A program made the translations under genes and the position numbers. 64,000 nucleotides of DNA from Cystobasidiomycetes sp. EMM_F5 (lineage: Eukaryota), in NCBI GenBank assembly GCA_051047955.1, contig JBPGPT010000049.1, forward strand, positions 1 to 64,000, written 5' to 3'. The notes under the pieces are model-generated. The model did no database searches. It was not told the origin of the DNA and saw only the letters and a program-made list of their open reading frames with translations. Within the stretch, counting starts at the first letter, position 1. The number at the start of each line of letters is the position of its first letter. Shown here piece by piece: positions 47,601 through 59,601 of this stretch.

Positions 47601-47815
47601 TCAAGCGAGGTCGGCAGGGCTTCCAGCTATTTGGTTCGCGCACAGCTACCGCGAGCAACGAGTCTGCTGTCAGTGCGGAAGACGAGCAGGTCAAAATGCA
47701 GATGACTGCCGATATCGAAGCCTTTGCGGCGGACGCCTCCGCTCTTGGCGTTGATGTATCGGCTTCGGCTGCTTTTTCAGCGTTGAGGAATACAGTCGAT
47801 GAATGGACTCGATAG
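44651..47815 (+). CDS. COG2: Conserved oligomeric Golgi complex subunit 2
   Basis: LDDMRAELR..LRQELVAIINNDYEDFINLG, IFSAGRPETFHRNY, FLKRWQLPVYFQLRFKEI, KFWKLTLQFIGRY, EPSYFV. Confidence 0.9.
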
Positions 47816-48488
47816 CAGTAGTATTCGTGGAGTTTGTGCAGTAGCGAGGTTCATGTTGTTGTGTGATTGCTCGTGAGGCATTACATTAAGCTGAATGTTT
47901 TTCGTTCAGATGTTGTCGAATGTGCTAGCATGGTCCCCGCACAAACACTGTCATCAGAACTAACACTAATTGACTGATACGTATCAAGGATACAGCATAA
48001 GACCCATCATTGATTGATCTTGCGATGCTTCTGACCTCTAATCAAACGATATTCCAAGATATGACACCCGCACAAGTAAAGCTTTGTGCGGCGACCAGAG
48101 AAAGAAAGCGGACTATCCTAATAGCAATAATGCGACCACTGATTGTGTCTTCTCCTCTTCGTATCGCTCTCCTGTCACTTCACGCAACTCGAAAAGGCAA
48201 CCGGAAGCAACTTTTTAGCAATGCATCGTATAGCCCCTAACACCTGATGGAAGCTAACCCGAGTCACCTTCAGGGATGTCTTTCGTACTGTGCTCGAAGG
48301 GCTGTTCAATCGCGGGAATTGGTTCTTCTTCTCGGCCTCCAAAGTATGCGGTCACCCTTGTCCTGGTCGACCCCTCGACGGTCGCAGAACGAATGGAGTC
48401 TCCTGATGCATGAAGTAGCCGCATACTAAGTCGCACTACGTTGGAATCACACTCGCTTGCATAACCCATCGCGCTTGGAAAATCAGCC

Positions 48489-49945
48489 ATGCGTCGCGCC
48501 AATATCATCCCGCTGGTGATAGGGCTACAAGCCGTTTATGTCATGGCACAGACTAGAGCTACAGGACCGACGACCACAACGCCCCTCATATACTCTTCGG
48601 CGATGACTTTCGCCTTTTCCGATGGCCAATACAGGCAAATTCTCGACTCCGATACCACGTCCCTTCCTACAATGACGTTGACCCCGTCAGCAATGGAAGT
48701 TCCCCAGCCCGCAAGCGTGGTAGCTTTGTCTTCAGTTGCGAATGCTGCGTCTACAGATTTGGCAGCAAATGACGACGCGCAGCCTACATCGCTGTCCATG
48801 CTTCCAGCCGTTTGGACGTCCTACGATACCGTCATTGTCGTTCACGCGGTCCTCGGCAGCATCGCATGGCTTCTTGCAGCTCCTGTGATCATCTTCTTAA
48901 CTAGCCGCTTGCTTTTTAGGTCGAAGACCGGCACGAATCGTCAGTCCTGGTCGAGCGTGCAATGTTCAGCGCTCCAGGGGTCCATCACTGGTATGGTTTG
49001 TGTCGCCTCGGCCGTTGCTGGTGCCGTGGCGACAAACATACGGAATAGCAGGCACTTCAGCAATGCGCATCATGCCATGGGCTGGGTCCTGCTTGGTCTG
49101 CTCCTGTACGTTGCTTGTCTCACCTCCGCCGACCACATATTGAAAGTCTGCGTGACACTAGTCTACAAGTCATTACTGTGGTACTTGTTGGCAGCATCCG
49201 TTCAATGTGCAGTCACGAGTCGTTGCTTCGTATGCAGATAGTGTAAGTGCATCCTCACCGCGGAATACTTCAATCTAAATGCCTTTCGCACAGAACAAGT
49301 ACAGTGTTAACGGGACTCGGCTTCGCGGAGCTATATCTTGGCTTTGGTCTGTACGAGGTGCGGTCAGGCAGAGCCGTGCCCACGGCGGTGAAGGCTGTCT
49401 GGGCGATTCTTGTCGGCTGCATCTCCCTCGCGCTAGTTGTGGTCGTTGCTAGGTCGTGTATGATTGGCTCAGCATTCCCAGGTCAGCATACTGGGTACCA
49501 AGAACATCAAACTTCTGGAGAGAGCAGTCCTACATTGTGTGGTAACGACAACGAGGGCGACAAGAAGGCAGAGATCATGGGCGGCCGCTTAGCATCAGCA
49601 AACTTTAGCGCGCGGCACACTGCAAGTAGAGCAGAAAACGGTGGTGATGAAAATCCAGTGGACGGTAGAGCAGACTCGACGACTACATTGGCCTACGCAG
49701 AGAGCAGGTCGCAGAATAATATGCAGCTCACCCGCCCTGTTTCGGGCAGTCGTTTCATTGAAGGACCTTTCGATGATCCTCCTGAAGCAGAGGTAGGACA
49801 GCGGTCCCAGGCAGGGCAAACGGAGAGATTGTCAGTGCTAGCATGCGGAAACCCGGATGCGGAGAGGACCGCCGTCCTGCCCTCTCGCGCTAGCAGAGCA
49901 CCATCGATCAGGAGAAAGGCCGTTCCAGCATATCAGGAAGTGTGA
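48489..49945 (+). CDS. Signal-peptide membrane protein with degenerate cytochrome b561-like domain
   Basis: N-terminal signal, Thr-rich stalk, VHAVLGSIAWLL, HFSNAHHAMGWVLLGL, further TM helices. Exon boundaries uncertain. Confidence 0.55.
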
Positions 49946-50126
49946 AGAGCAGTATCACGGTACTTCAGACAGCCGCCGAAGCGGAATTGTTGGTGTCGAA
50001 ATGTTTGAAGAATATTGTAAAATAGCTGCAAGCTAGTGTCTACACTGGGATGTGCATTCCGAAGACCGTTGCGCCTTTTTGCGATTGCTGGCGATACTCG
50101 GAGTCTAAGAGCAGGCCTTTCGGGTT

Positions 50127-51086
50127 TCACTCGGTCTCTGCGGTAGAGGTACCAGAGGCGTGCTTGGCGATAAAGTCCTGGAGAATGGGCAGAGTATGAG
50201 TATCAGATAGAGTGATGTCAGACCTGCAGTCCAGACTGCTCACCGGAAGAGCCTTCTTGTCTGCACCCATGAACTGGTCGACTTTCTGGCCTGAGAGTCC
50301 AGAGTCAGTACAGGCGGCTACACCACCTGTATGGTGCATGCCTACCATTCTTAAAGACCATGCTGTAATGTGCGGTCTGTCAGTATAACTGGCTTGAGGA
50401 ATGCAGGGCACACGTACAATGTAGGCATGGCGCGAATGCCGACTTCTTGGGCAATGTCCTGTGACGATCAAGAGAGCGTATGAGCATACTGCGTGCATGT
50501 ATTGGGTAGTGTATCAGCTGTCTGAGCTCACTTCCTCTTCGTCTACGTCAATCTGGGCGTGTCAAACCATGCTGAATCAGCCGAGCGTCGAGCAAAAAGA
50601 GGAGCGAGCACCCTGCCCACCGTCGCAAAGGTAGCATTATCCTTGTACTTTGGGTCCTGCGACAGCTCTACAAAGAGCGGGCTGATGACCTGGCGCGTCT
50701 ACGCCGTCAGCATGGATGCTACATTGTGGTCATTTGCGAGCGCACCTTGCAAGGGCCGCACCTGGACCGCGCGCACACGGCTAGTCAGCGAGTCTCTCTG
50801 TCAGTATCTCGTCAGCGGTCAGCGTACCAGGTCGCGGCTGAGTTGTGGAGACCAATGAGCTCCTCGTCAGCCATTTCAGTCAATATCAGCGCTACGGCGA
50901 CGCACAAAAGTCGACAATGACTGGCTTCTCGCCAGCAATCTGATGGGCCATATTGCAGAGTCAGCGTGATATCTCTGTCGTCGTCAGTCCAGACTTGAAC
51001 CGTCTAACTCTCTAGACCTCTCCCTCCAACCAACTCACCGACTCCTTGAACTGGCTCAGTCCGCTAATCTTTACGTCGTGGGTCAT
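50127..51086 (-). CDS. TRX1: Thioredoxin (WCGPC), 10 exons; not visible in the ORF track
   Basis: Manual splicing gives MTHDVKISGLSQFKES-IAGEKPVIVDF-SATW-CGPCK-VISPLFVELSQDPKYKDNATFAT-IDVDEEE-DIAQEVGIRAMPTF-MVFKNG-QKVDQFMGADKKALP-DFIAKHASGTSTAETE. All introns are GT-AG. Confidence 0.92.
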
Positions 51087-51124
51087 CGTTTGCAGGCTGA
51101 TCGTTGTCCTGGCTGGGTGGGCGA

Positions 51125-51176
51125 GTCGTTTTAAAGGCAAGCTGGAGGGGTCTGGCAGGAGACCCTTTAAAACGAC
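51125..51176. promoter_or_regulatory. Perfect 13-bp inverted repeat in the TRX / TCO89-like divergent promoter
   Basis: GTCGTTTTAAAGG (51125-51137) and CCTTTAAAACGAC (51164-51176). The regulatory role is inferred. Confidence 0.6.
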
Positions 51177-51207
51177 GACGACGACGACGACGACCACGAC
51201 GAGGAGG
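51172..51207. repeat. (ACG)n trinucleotide tract
   Basis: acgacgacgacgacgacgacgaccacgacgagg. Similar GTC/GAC tracts occur near 15024 and 17331. Confidence 0.85.
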
Positions 51208-51297
51208 ACTGGGGACTCATTTCGGACAGGGCTACAGACAAGATATCCTGGATTTGGAGTGCCCAAGACGCCTCAAGAACAGCTGACAGTCTGAAAC

Positions 51298-53698
51298 ATG
51301 GCCCCAGCTAATCCGGGCGACGCAGCAGCCGACGAAGGCAGAGACCGACCAGCTGCTAACAGACACCACTCCCACCATGCCGCTCACCACCATCACGGCG
51401 CCGCGTCTGGGAGAACGGCCGCCGGAGGGGGGTTGGGTCCAAAACGCAAGAGCAAAGTGGGGATTGCAGGGCTGCATGCATCGCACTCGACGACGACGGT
51501 ACACAGAACATCGTCCGCACGGGCAAAGTCATCCCAGTCACTCGCAAACCTCGCTCAGGAGCTGGTAGCGGCTGCAAACGACAGCTCCAACGCCTCGTCG
51601 AGCAAGATGGAACGCAACAGGAGCAGAGAGAGCAACAAGCAGCATCACTCGTCACAGCACCTGCAACGGACAAAGTCGAGCACACTCACGACGATGGTCG
51701 AACCATCATCACCGGCTGCGACCACCGGTACCACTGCCCAGGATGCCGAAGCAGGGTGGATATCCGCCGCGAGCTCGTCTGCTCCGACTCCAGAACAAGG
51801 CAATTCCCCAGAAGGCACGACTCATCTCCCCCCAGCACCTTCTGCGTCCCCCTCGTCGTACCAGCCACTCGAATTCAAGAAGAAGGATCGCAAGAAGCGT
51901 CCAATCGTACAGAATCAATTTGTAGTCAATCCCGATATTACAGTGAATGATGGCGCCGCCCACGACTACCGCAACAATAGACCACTCGAGACAATTCAAG
52001 GGTCTGCACCGCCCAGCAATGATACTTCTGCCGTGGGCACTCCGAGGCAGGAGAGCGCATTGTCTCTTGCTGCGCCCAAAGCTCTACTGAGCCCGACTAG
52101 CGAACAAGAGGATGCCATCACACCTATCGCCGAAAAGCAGCTGCCGCTCGAAGTCAAGTCTCAACCGCAGCTTGCGGAACCTGCGGAACCTACGAAACCA
52201 GACAATCAGCAAGTTGTTCCACCAGCGGAGGAAGCACAAAAGACCGGCGATAATGATGTTCCAGTGGCTGGGCCTTCGCGACTGGATCGTCCAGCACGCC
52301 AACGCAAGTCCTCCACTTCGACCATGAAGTCTCGTGCTAGCGCTGCTGGCGCAGTAATGCCTCTTGTCAATACTGGCTTATGGCGGCAGACGGCGACTCC
52401 GCTACAGCCTCGCCTCGATACTTCTGCTCCTGTAGGGGTGGTAACGGAGATTAATTCAAACAGTTTTTCTCAGCCGGGCGTTCTCGCTTCGACCATAGTG
52501 GCTAGTCCTGCTGCGATTGTGCCACCTACCACTGCCAGCTCTGCACCCGGTCACAAGCGATCTGTATCGTCAGCGAGTGTACGAGAAACGAACCAGACAC
52601 AAAGGAGCAGCACAGGAAGGGCAGGCACGCTTACCTCTACAGAAGCGAATGATTTAGCACAGAGGCTACGTACGGTGTCAGGGACGGATCTTCATGCCTC
52701 GGTGCAAAAATTACGAAGAGGCCCGCTCATACGATCAGCGTCCTCAGCATCAACTGCTACACTCACCGGCACGCAGGATCAGACAGCGTCGCAGAGTGGC
52801 AGCGTAGCTAGTACCCTGAAGCGCGCTTCCGGATACTTTGGATCCATCTCGCGTCTGGCAACTTTGGCTGGCTTCACAACCAGCACCTCTTCTCGCCAGT
52901 CTTCTGGTTCGGCGACGTCGCCTAGAGATTTGCGGTTCGGCTCGCCAACCAACCCGTTGACGGCGCTTTCGACTTCCCCAGGACAAATCTCACGCCATCA
53001 GCAGCTGGGGTCGTCCTCTTCCCGATCACAGAGGCCGCCGCGACCTGCTTTGATTAGCAAGTTTATCGATCCAGACGATGCTCCTCAACAGCGCGAAGCG
53101 ATGCGTCCACTTCCCCGTGCCGAGTCTAGCGCCGCTCTGTCGCAACAACAGACTTCCGGCGGGTCGGGCGCAGGAAAGGAGCACAGGAGCACGAGCAGAG
53201 CCGGCAAAAAGATGATGACGCAAAGAGATGCTCCGTACTACGCCGACGCCGACGACGATTTATTCGGCGAGAATGGTCAGGGCCAAGACTATCGCAGCTC
53301 GGCGAGTGAGGAGGACTTTGCGCAAATGCATAACCGTACGCCTCGCAGTAGTGCATCGACTCCCTCTTTCACTTCGACGCAAGCCCGTTCCGGAGGGTCC
53401 AGACAGCCGGGCGTACAGCGGTGGATATTCACCCTCGTCAAGGAAGCAGAGCGTATAGACCGCGATCACGAATCGGCTGCGCGGTTTGGCAATACGGTGC
53501 AGCTCAGCTTTGCTCGTATTTTAGAAAAGCGGTATCAGGTGGAGGAGGAAGAGAAGCGGGAGGAGAGGCTGAGATTGCGCAGGGACGGCCACCGGGACAG
53601 AGAGTGAGTGTATGGATGAAGTCGCGTCTTTGTTGCTGCAACTGACTTTGGCCAGATCCAGTCGACCTTCAAGCCTGAGGAGCAAGACACTTCGATGA
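51298..53698 (+). CDS. Disordered protein with TORC1 subunit Tco89-like C-terminal motifs
   Basis: SRAGKKMMTQR resembles the remembered SRTQQKLxLQR motif, and EAERIDRDHESAARFGNTVQLSFARI resembles the Tco89 C-terminal helix. Probable last intron 53604-53655. Confidence 0.6.
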
Positions 53699-53995
53699 GA
53701 CGGGATGCGACCGTCTAGAGCATGAGAAGCGGCGGAGGGCACGACGAGCTCGTTCAAGATGTGCTTTGAGGCGGGAAAATGCGTGATGTTTTGCGGAGAT
53801 GTTGGGATGATTCTCGCGCGTCGCCGGGACGCTGTACAACTACGCCAACCACACAATCTGTATCATAGTCGACGTGCCACACGTTCTGTGTATCATCTGG
53901 TCGGATATGTGACTTTTTTGCGTCGTTGTTGTGATAAATGTTGCCCATCTTGAACCCAACCAATGCAGCCCTGACCGGGCTCCACCAACACTGCA

Positions 53996-54370
53996 ATGGT
54001 TCTCGGACGTCTGGTCCACTACAGCGCTGATCTGGTGCTCCTCTCTGTCGTCCTGGGCGGCATAAAGCGGTCCTCTGGGTTTGGGTGAGCTGGGGGGGAT
54101 GTTGTCGATATTGGCGCAGCTGGGCGTTTCGACACAACTGACCGATGGAACCTTGCCCGGATACCCTCTTGACCCCATCTCTGACGCTGCGCTGCGACCC
54201 GCAGCCTCGACCCCGCCGCGCTGAGCGTCCCCGACGGGACTCCGCGAAGTATCGCAGACAGCTATCTCCGCTTTGGCGAGCGCGTCTTTGACTATGGCTG
54301 CGGGCTGAGCTACACGAGCAAGTACTTTGCCCGAGAGGCGCTGCCCCAGACCCCTCCCCGCCGGACGTGA
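53996..54370 (+). CDS. DUF1748 small fungal protein (84 aa), missed by the ORF track
   Basis: Exon 1 (53996-54084) MVLGRLVHYSADLVLLSVVLGGIKRSSGF, GT-AG intron 54085-54204, exon 2 ..DSYLRFGERVFDYGCGLSYTSKYFAR.. match the DUF1748 pattern. Confidence 0.8.
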
Positions 54371-55125
54371 TGGGCGGACGAACGAACAGGAGCAGCTCAG
54401 GTAGGTCTGGCTGTTTTTGAATGGCGACTGCGATTATTGACTCTGATAACCTTCTCGGATCTTGTTAGTTGGATACTCTTGCGCAATCGTCATCGGATCT
54501 GTCGGATTTCGTGGGTTAGGCCCGTTATGTATGACAATGTACCCGTACCCAACTGCCGGTGCAGAGGGGCGCACGTCTCTCGCAACATCATCACAGAGCT
54601 GTTCAATGTCCCACTATGTTGTAGCTGTAGCTGACAACACCTCAATGCAATCACACTTCAAATCTACACTATATACCGGGGACATCCTCGCTAATCGCTA
54701 ACCGTCTACCGGATGCGAATGCGCATCTTTGGGACGGTAACTGATTCGCATTGGTGCTGAAGTCCCATTCTCAAGCTTCAAATTACACTCCAGGATCCAC
54801 ACCTATGTCTGAATATCGGTACAACTTACCCCGCCTAAACAGGTTTTACTGGAGTCGCTTCGTGTAACATGAGTGCAGCTCAAGCACCGCACGTATATCG
54901 AGCAACTGATCGTTATGGCAGCACTTCTTCTGCACTGAGGCGCCGCGCGCTCCTTGCCCTGCACCCATCCATTCGCACTTACGACGCGCAGGCAACCCTC
55001 ATACACATATGACTTCTGCTCCAGACCCTCCTGATATCTGCATTGCCGATCCGGACAGCGACGAGATCACGGGTATGTGCCAATTTCTGCTGCCTGGTGT
55101 GCAGGGATCAGGCTGAGCAGTAAAA

Positions 55126-57666
55126 ATGGATTCCGCAGATCCGCGAAGGGAAGAGCTGCAGCGCGTGGCTGCTCGGTCTCCGTTCCTGTTCAGTCAAGCA
55201 TCACCGGCTCCCTTCGCTACGCCTGGGATTCTGCCCGCATCAAGTCCTGTAGTCGTGGGCGAGGATGGCCAATACTATGTCCTGGCCAACCCACCAGATC
55301 TTGCAGCTCAAGACGCTGCTATCGAAGAAGTGCACTCCTCGGAAACATCCGAAGTATGCAAAAAGCTGCGGCTAGCCAAGGAATTCCGTATGCATGATGA
55401 CCGCATTCGGCTTTGTCGCTCTCGCTGATCGGCATTCCCTCACTTTCAGATAACTCCCTTTATGCAGAAGAAGCCGAGAAGCTCAGAGCACAGTATCGTG
55501 AACAACGTAAACAAAGATTAAAAGGCCAGAGACTAGCCGAAGAGCGTCCACCGGATCATTCATCTGGCCGTGGCGGAAGCTCAGCCTCGGATTCTTCAGA
55601 CCAGGAGAGCAGCTCGGTCTCGCAAAGGCGCTCACACTCGCGACGCTCTAGAAAACACACTCGCATTACCCGCGATAGCCGAGATCGGCCCCGACGCGAA
55701 CGCGAACCCCGTGAGCGCGTCAAAGAAGCGTCGTCAACAAAACACAGGACTAGCTGTCATCATCCGGTGACATCTACAGCACATGATGACAAATCGGAAG
55801 AAAAGCGCAAGGACAAGGAGGCAATCACGCACGGCTTGCAAAGCGAAGACAGGAAGGGTAAGGGTAAGGAGCGGAAAGGAAAGGAGCGGGAAAGAGCAAG
55901 ACCTACAGGCCGGCATGAAGACGTCAGCTCAGATCGGGACGATTTCAAAGGAATGGGCAGAAGAGATAACATAAGGAATCAGAACACAAATACCGCCCGG
56001 GCAAAGAGCAAGCCGAATGGAACAGGACGACCGATTGCAACAGTCAAAGCGAAAAAGGTAGAGGACGAAGAAGGCGGAGAGTCTGAATCGCAACATTCAG
56101 AACGATCTGAAAGCGCTATCGCGTCGGCATCCCATCAAATGAAGCCGTCACTTAGGTCGCCTTCCAGCAGTAAGCACTCAGCAATGGCAGAAGACAGACT
56201 GGAGAGTTCCAATGCTATCGAGTCAAAGCTCAAACTCCGTAAAGAATCGATATCCGGATCATCGATGTTGCAGCGGCCAACGGAAAGGGATGGAGATGAC
56301 AAGTCTAGCAAACCTGGGCGGCTTAAGACGCGGTTGCAATCAGAGTCAAGGTCGCATCGTGCGGTCGAGCTTCTTTCCGACAAAATGAGTTCGCCTTTCC
56401 GCCGAACGTCGCAGGAGCACAGCTCAGGAAAGGGAAGTGTGCCTAAAAAGAAATCTCCTCGACTCAACTCAAGGGAAAGACTCTATTCCGAACCAGCAGA
56501 CGCCGACCGTAGCCCGCCTGGACGAGCTGGCTCTCAAGGCGACCGCGGAGACGAAAATGCTGTTATGGAAGCAGTGCTGAGCACTCAGACTACATTTTCA
56601 CTCACTCGCGCCGAAATCATGTGGGATGCCCCAAATTCGTTTTCAAGCGTCCTTCGGCGGGAAGAGGCTACTGACCGCATACCAACGGTACCGGTAGTTG
56701 GTCGATCATCGCGCACTTTCGATTTCCTACGTCTATGGATGAGAGGTTACCGACTGTTTCCTTTGACCGACGTGAATCTCGAAATCTTTCGTCGTAGACA
56801 CAAATCAGCTTCAGACCGCGAAATTCACGAGTTGCTACTTGCCGAAGCCGAATACTACGGGTTTACCAGGCTGGCCTATCAGATTGTATCGCAAATCAAC
56901 GACGAGTTCTCCGAAACTGCCTCTGACGGCATTCACCACGACATTTTTCGCGTTTACAGTAAATCAAGCGGAGCTGCCCTACAAATTGACGATCTTCGAC
57001 GTCTGGCGAAACGGAATAAGACTAATCAAGAGCTCTGCTTGGAGTTGCAGGTGTTTGATGCTGCAGTGAAGTGAGTATTCCGTATGATCTGCTGCATTAG
57101 CCAGGGCTAAAGCTACTGACCCGTTGGCAGCTTACGATTGGTAATGGACCGGAAAAAACCTCGTGTTGCCTACTCTATCGCTCTCCCAGAAGCTAAGATA
57201 GCTAAATACGTAGCTCGCGCGCTAGCGTGGCCAAAAGTCGTATCTCTGTTTGAAGGCTCGCTCTCGGCGCAACAGGCTAAACTCGTCGGCATCGACATCG
57301 ATTACGAAGACGAGTCCGACGATCACCGGCCTATGCAAAGGTATTGCATAAACCTTAACCGCATAGCGAAAGTGCTTGCAGATCCCACGCGGTGAGTCGC
57401 GAATCTCAGGAAAAAATTCCACCCACAGGCTAATGAAGGCGCACAGTCTCGAGAAGGAGCCCATTCTCGCACAGGCGTGTCGAATCATACAGCACGATGA
57501 TCAAGCGTCTGTTATGATGACCTTCCCGGTAGTGATTATTTCTGCAGACGTTCAAGGTGGTCACGGTGCTACTCCGGCCATGGAACTCCGGAATCTCAGC
57601 ACCAGGACCATGCATCTGCTCGAGGTGGATGGGTATACAGGACTTCACGATACAAGCCCATCATGA
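55126..57666 (+). CDS. Fungal BTB/POZ-like domain protein with long charged low-complexity N-terminus
   Basis: FSLTRAEIMWDAPNSF..GRSSRTFDFLRLWMRGYRLFPL..LLAEAEYYGFTRL resembles fungal BTB domains. About 3 introns. Confidence 0.6.
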
Positions 57667-57825
57667 GCATACGAGCGCAAGGTAGTTCGACACTGGTTGC
57701 CCAACTGCACAACCTGTGGCGGTAGGACCGTCAAAAACTGGCATTAGAAATGGCAGACTGCTCATTGTCACACACCGCACAAGCTCGTTTGAGTTTTGTC
57801 CCAAACGACTCGCGCTTTTTATTCA

Positions 57826-59601
57826 ATGCCATTGCCAAGCAAGGACCTCGTACCCCAAACCAACCCTCTGGAGAAATGGACGAGTGCTTACAGCGCCGTA
57901 AGGGAGAGAAGCGACATGACTTCAATGATGAAGCAAATGTTTGTACACAACATTCAGAACGTCAAAGCTGCACAAGGTGCCCCTCCAGCGCAGCCAGTTC
58001 TACTGACGATGCCGCCTTCCGCTGCTCCTGGACACGGGCCCGCCAGCAACCCGACGGGGAGAGCGAGAGCGACCACGCCTACATTCAGTACGTCATCAGA
58101 ATCGACTAGTGACAGCGAATCGTCCTCGTCTCTCACTCGACGTACGGAGACGCGCAAAAGCGTGCAACGTACCAAGGGGAAGCAGCCCGCTAGGAGATCT
58201 GGAACATCATCGGATGGAGATCGGCAGATATCACACAGCAGACGACGAGCACCACGGCTATCTGGGAAAACGAAATCTGCATGTATTCCTCACGCCCCCC
58301 GAAGAAAGCGTTCTGCAAGCACATCGTCCGGGTCTACGACCATGACCCGTTCAAGGTCTGTATCACCTACTGTCAGCAGCGATATCAAAGGCGCGAGGGA
58401 TCAGGGATCGAAGACGAAGGCAGTAATCGCAGAGGCCAAAGTGAAGCAGAAGAAGAACAGAGAGACGACGCGGCGCGTTCCCCAGGCAAGGACAAGGCCC
58501 AATACTCTTTCTGCCGCTACCAGTAAAACTCCAGACTCATCTAGAGAGGCGCTTCGTCCGCAATCAGTCATCAGAACCGCGCAATATGACCTTGAACGAT
58601 CTTTCCGTAGGCGCTCAGATTTAGACTCAGCCATAGGGCATCTGGATCCTCCAACAGTATCTCGCTCTCGGTTGCGGACGGCCGAGGTTACTGTCAAGCG
58701 TTCTGAACGTCTAATGGAACAATCTCCCGCAAAAGCTAATCGGACGCCGCTGGTTCCTATACCGAAACTGTCACGACGGTCAAAACCTGTCAGAATGAAG
58801 GCTACTCACCCCATCAGCTGCTCGCCGGTGGAATCAGTGTTTTCAGCGAGCTCCGAATCCTCACAGTCGTGGCCGCCATGGGACGAGGCTTTCGCTAAGC
58901 CAAGACAAGTGGGACAGCCTGTACCCGGAAAAGCTGAAACAATCGGAATCGCAAAACCCGGGCAAAAGGCTGCTTCGAAGGCGTTCTCGCGACCCCCCGA
59001 CGTGCGATTCGAGGGCGAAGCTTGGTACGACGGGGTGATGTATCGGACAACCTTTGAAAAGGGCGAACGTGGTTTGACCTTCACATACTTTGATGACATC
59101 ACCACCGGTAGCATTCGGACATACAACCTCAACACGTCCGATTTTGAGGCGACGGAGTTGCCTAATGGCAGGTTTACCACCATGACGGCTTCACTTTCTG
59201 TCCAGGAGGATTACGTCGCCATACTCGAGACAGCAACAAAGCGTTCCGACGTACGGAGGCGTATGCACATGAGTAGTCAGCGCGTTGCCGGTATCAAAGT
59301 TCGGATTCGATTCGAGTGGATTTTGGTTACTCTACCGCCGTACAGATTCACGACAGATCTGCTTTTGATAGGATACTTGCGGCGAGGAAATCGATTCATT
59401 ACATCCTTTCCCTCCACGATACCGACTACAGAAGAATTCCTGCGAACAGGCCCGGTGCAATTCAAATGGCCACTAGTGGAGGACGTTGATGCGCGGATAT
59501 GGAATGGCTGCTTGGAAGAGGTTGAGGAAATCGAAGTCGCCTTTAGAGGCCACCTGAGTCACCGGCATGTGTATCGTATCGGTGACGTCTTGTTAGACTG
59601 A
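57826..59601 (+). CDS. Hypothetical intronless protein: Ser/Arg-rich N-terminus plus ~200-aa globular C-terminal domain
   Basis: Long ORF from the first ATG at 57826. No family recognised. Confidence 0.6.
   Translation: MPLPSKDLVPQTNPLEKWTSAYSAVRERSDMTSMMKQMFVHNIQNVKAAQGAPPAQPVLLTMPPSAAPGHGPASNPTGRARATTPTFSTSSESTSDSESSSSLTRRTETRKSVQRTKGKQPARRSGTSSDGDRQISHSRRRAPRLSGKTKSACIPHAPRRKRSASTSSGSTTMTRSRSVSPTVSSDIKGARDQGSKTKAVIAEAKVKQKKNRETTRRVPQARTRPNTLSAATSKTPDSSREALRPQSVIRTAQYDLERSFRRRSDLDSAIGHLDPPTVSRSRLRTAEVTVKRSERLMEQSPAKANRTPLVPIPKLSRRSKPVRMKATHPISCSPVESVFSASSESSQSWPPWDEAFAKPRQVGQPVPGKAETIGIAKPGQKAASKAFSRPPDVRFEGEAWYDGVMYRTTFEKGERGLTFTYFDDITTGSIRTYNLNTSDFEATELPNGRFTTMTASLSVQEDYVAILETATKRSDVRRRMHMSSQRVAGIKVRIRFEWILVTLPPYRFTTDLLLIGYLRRGNRFITSFPSTIPTTEEFLRTGPVQFKWPLVEDVDARIWNGCLEEVEEIEVAFRGHLSHRHVYRIGDVLLD

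Noticed and set aside
54260..54330. FDYGCGLSYTS resembling the GH3 beta-glucosidase FGYGLSYT motif (pseudogene fragment)
   Set aside because: Fully explained as exon 2 of the DUF1748 gene.
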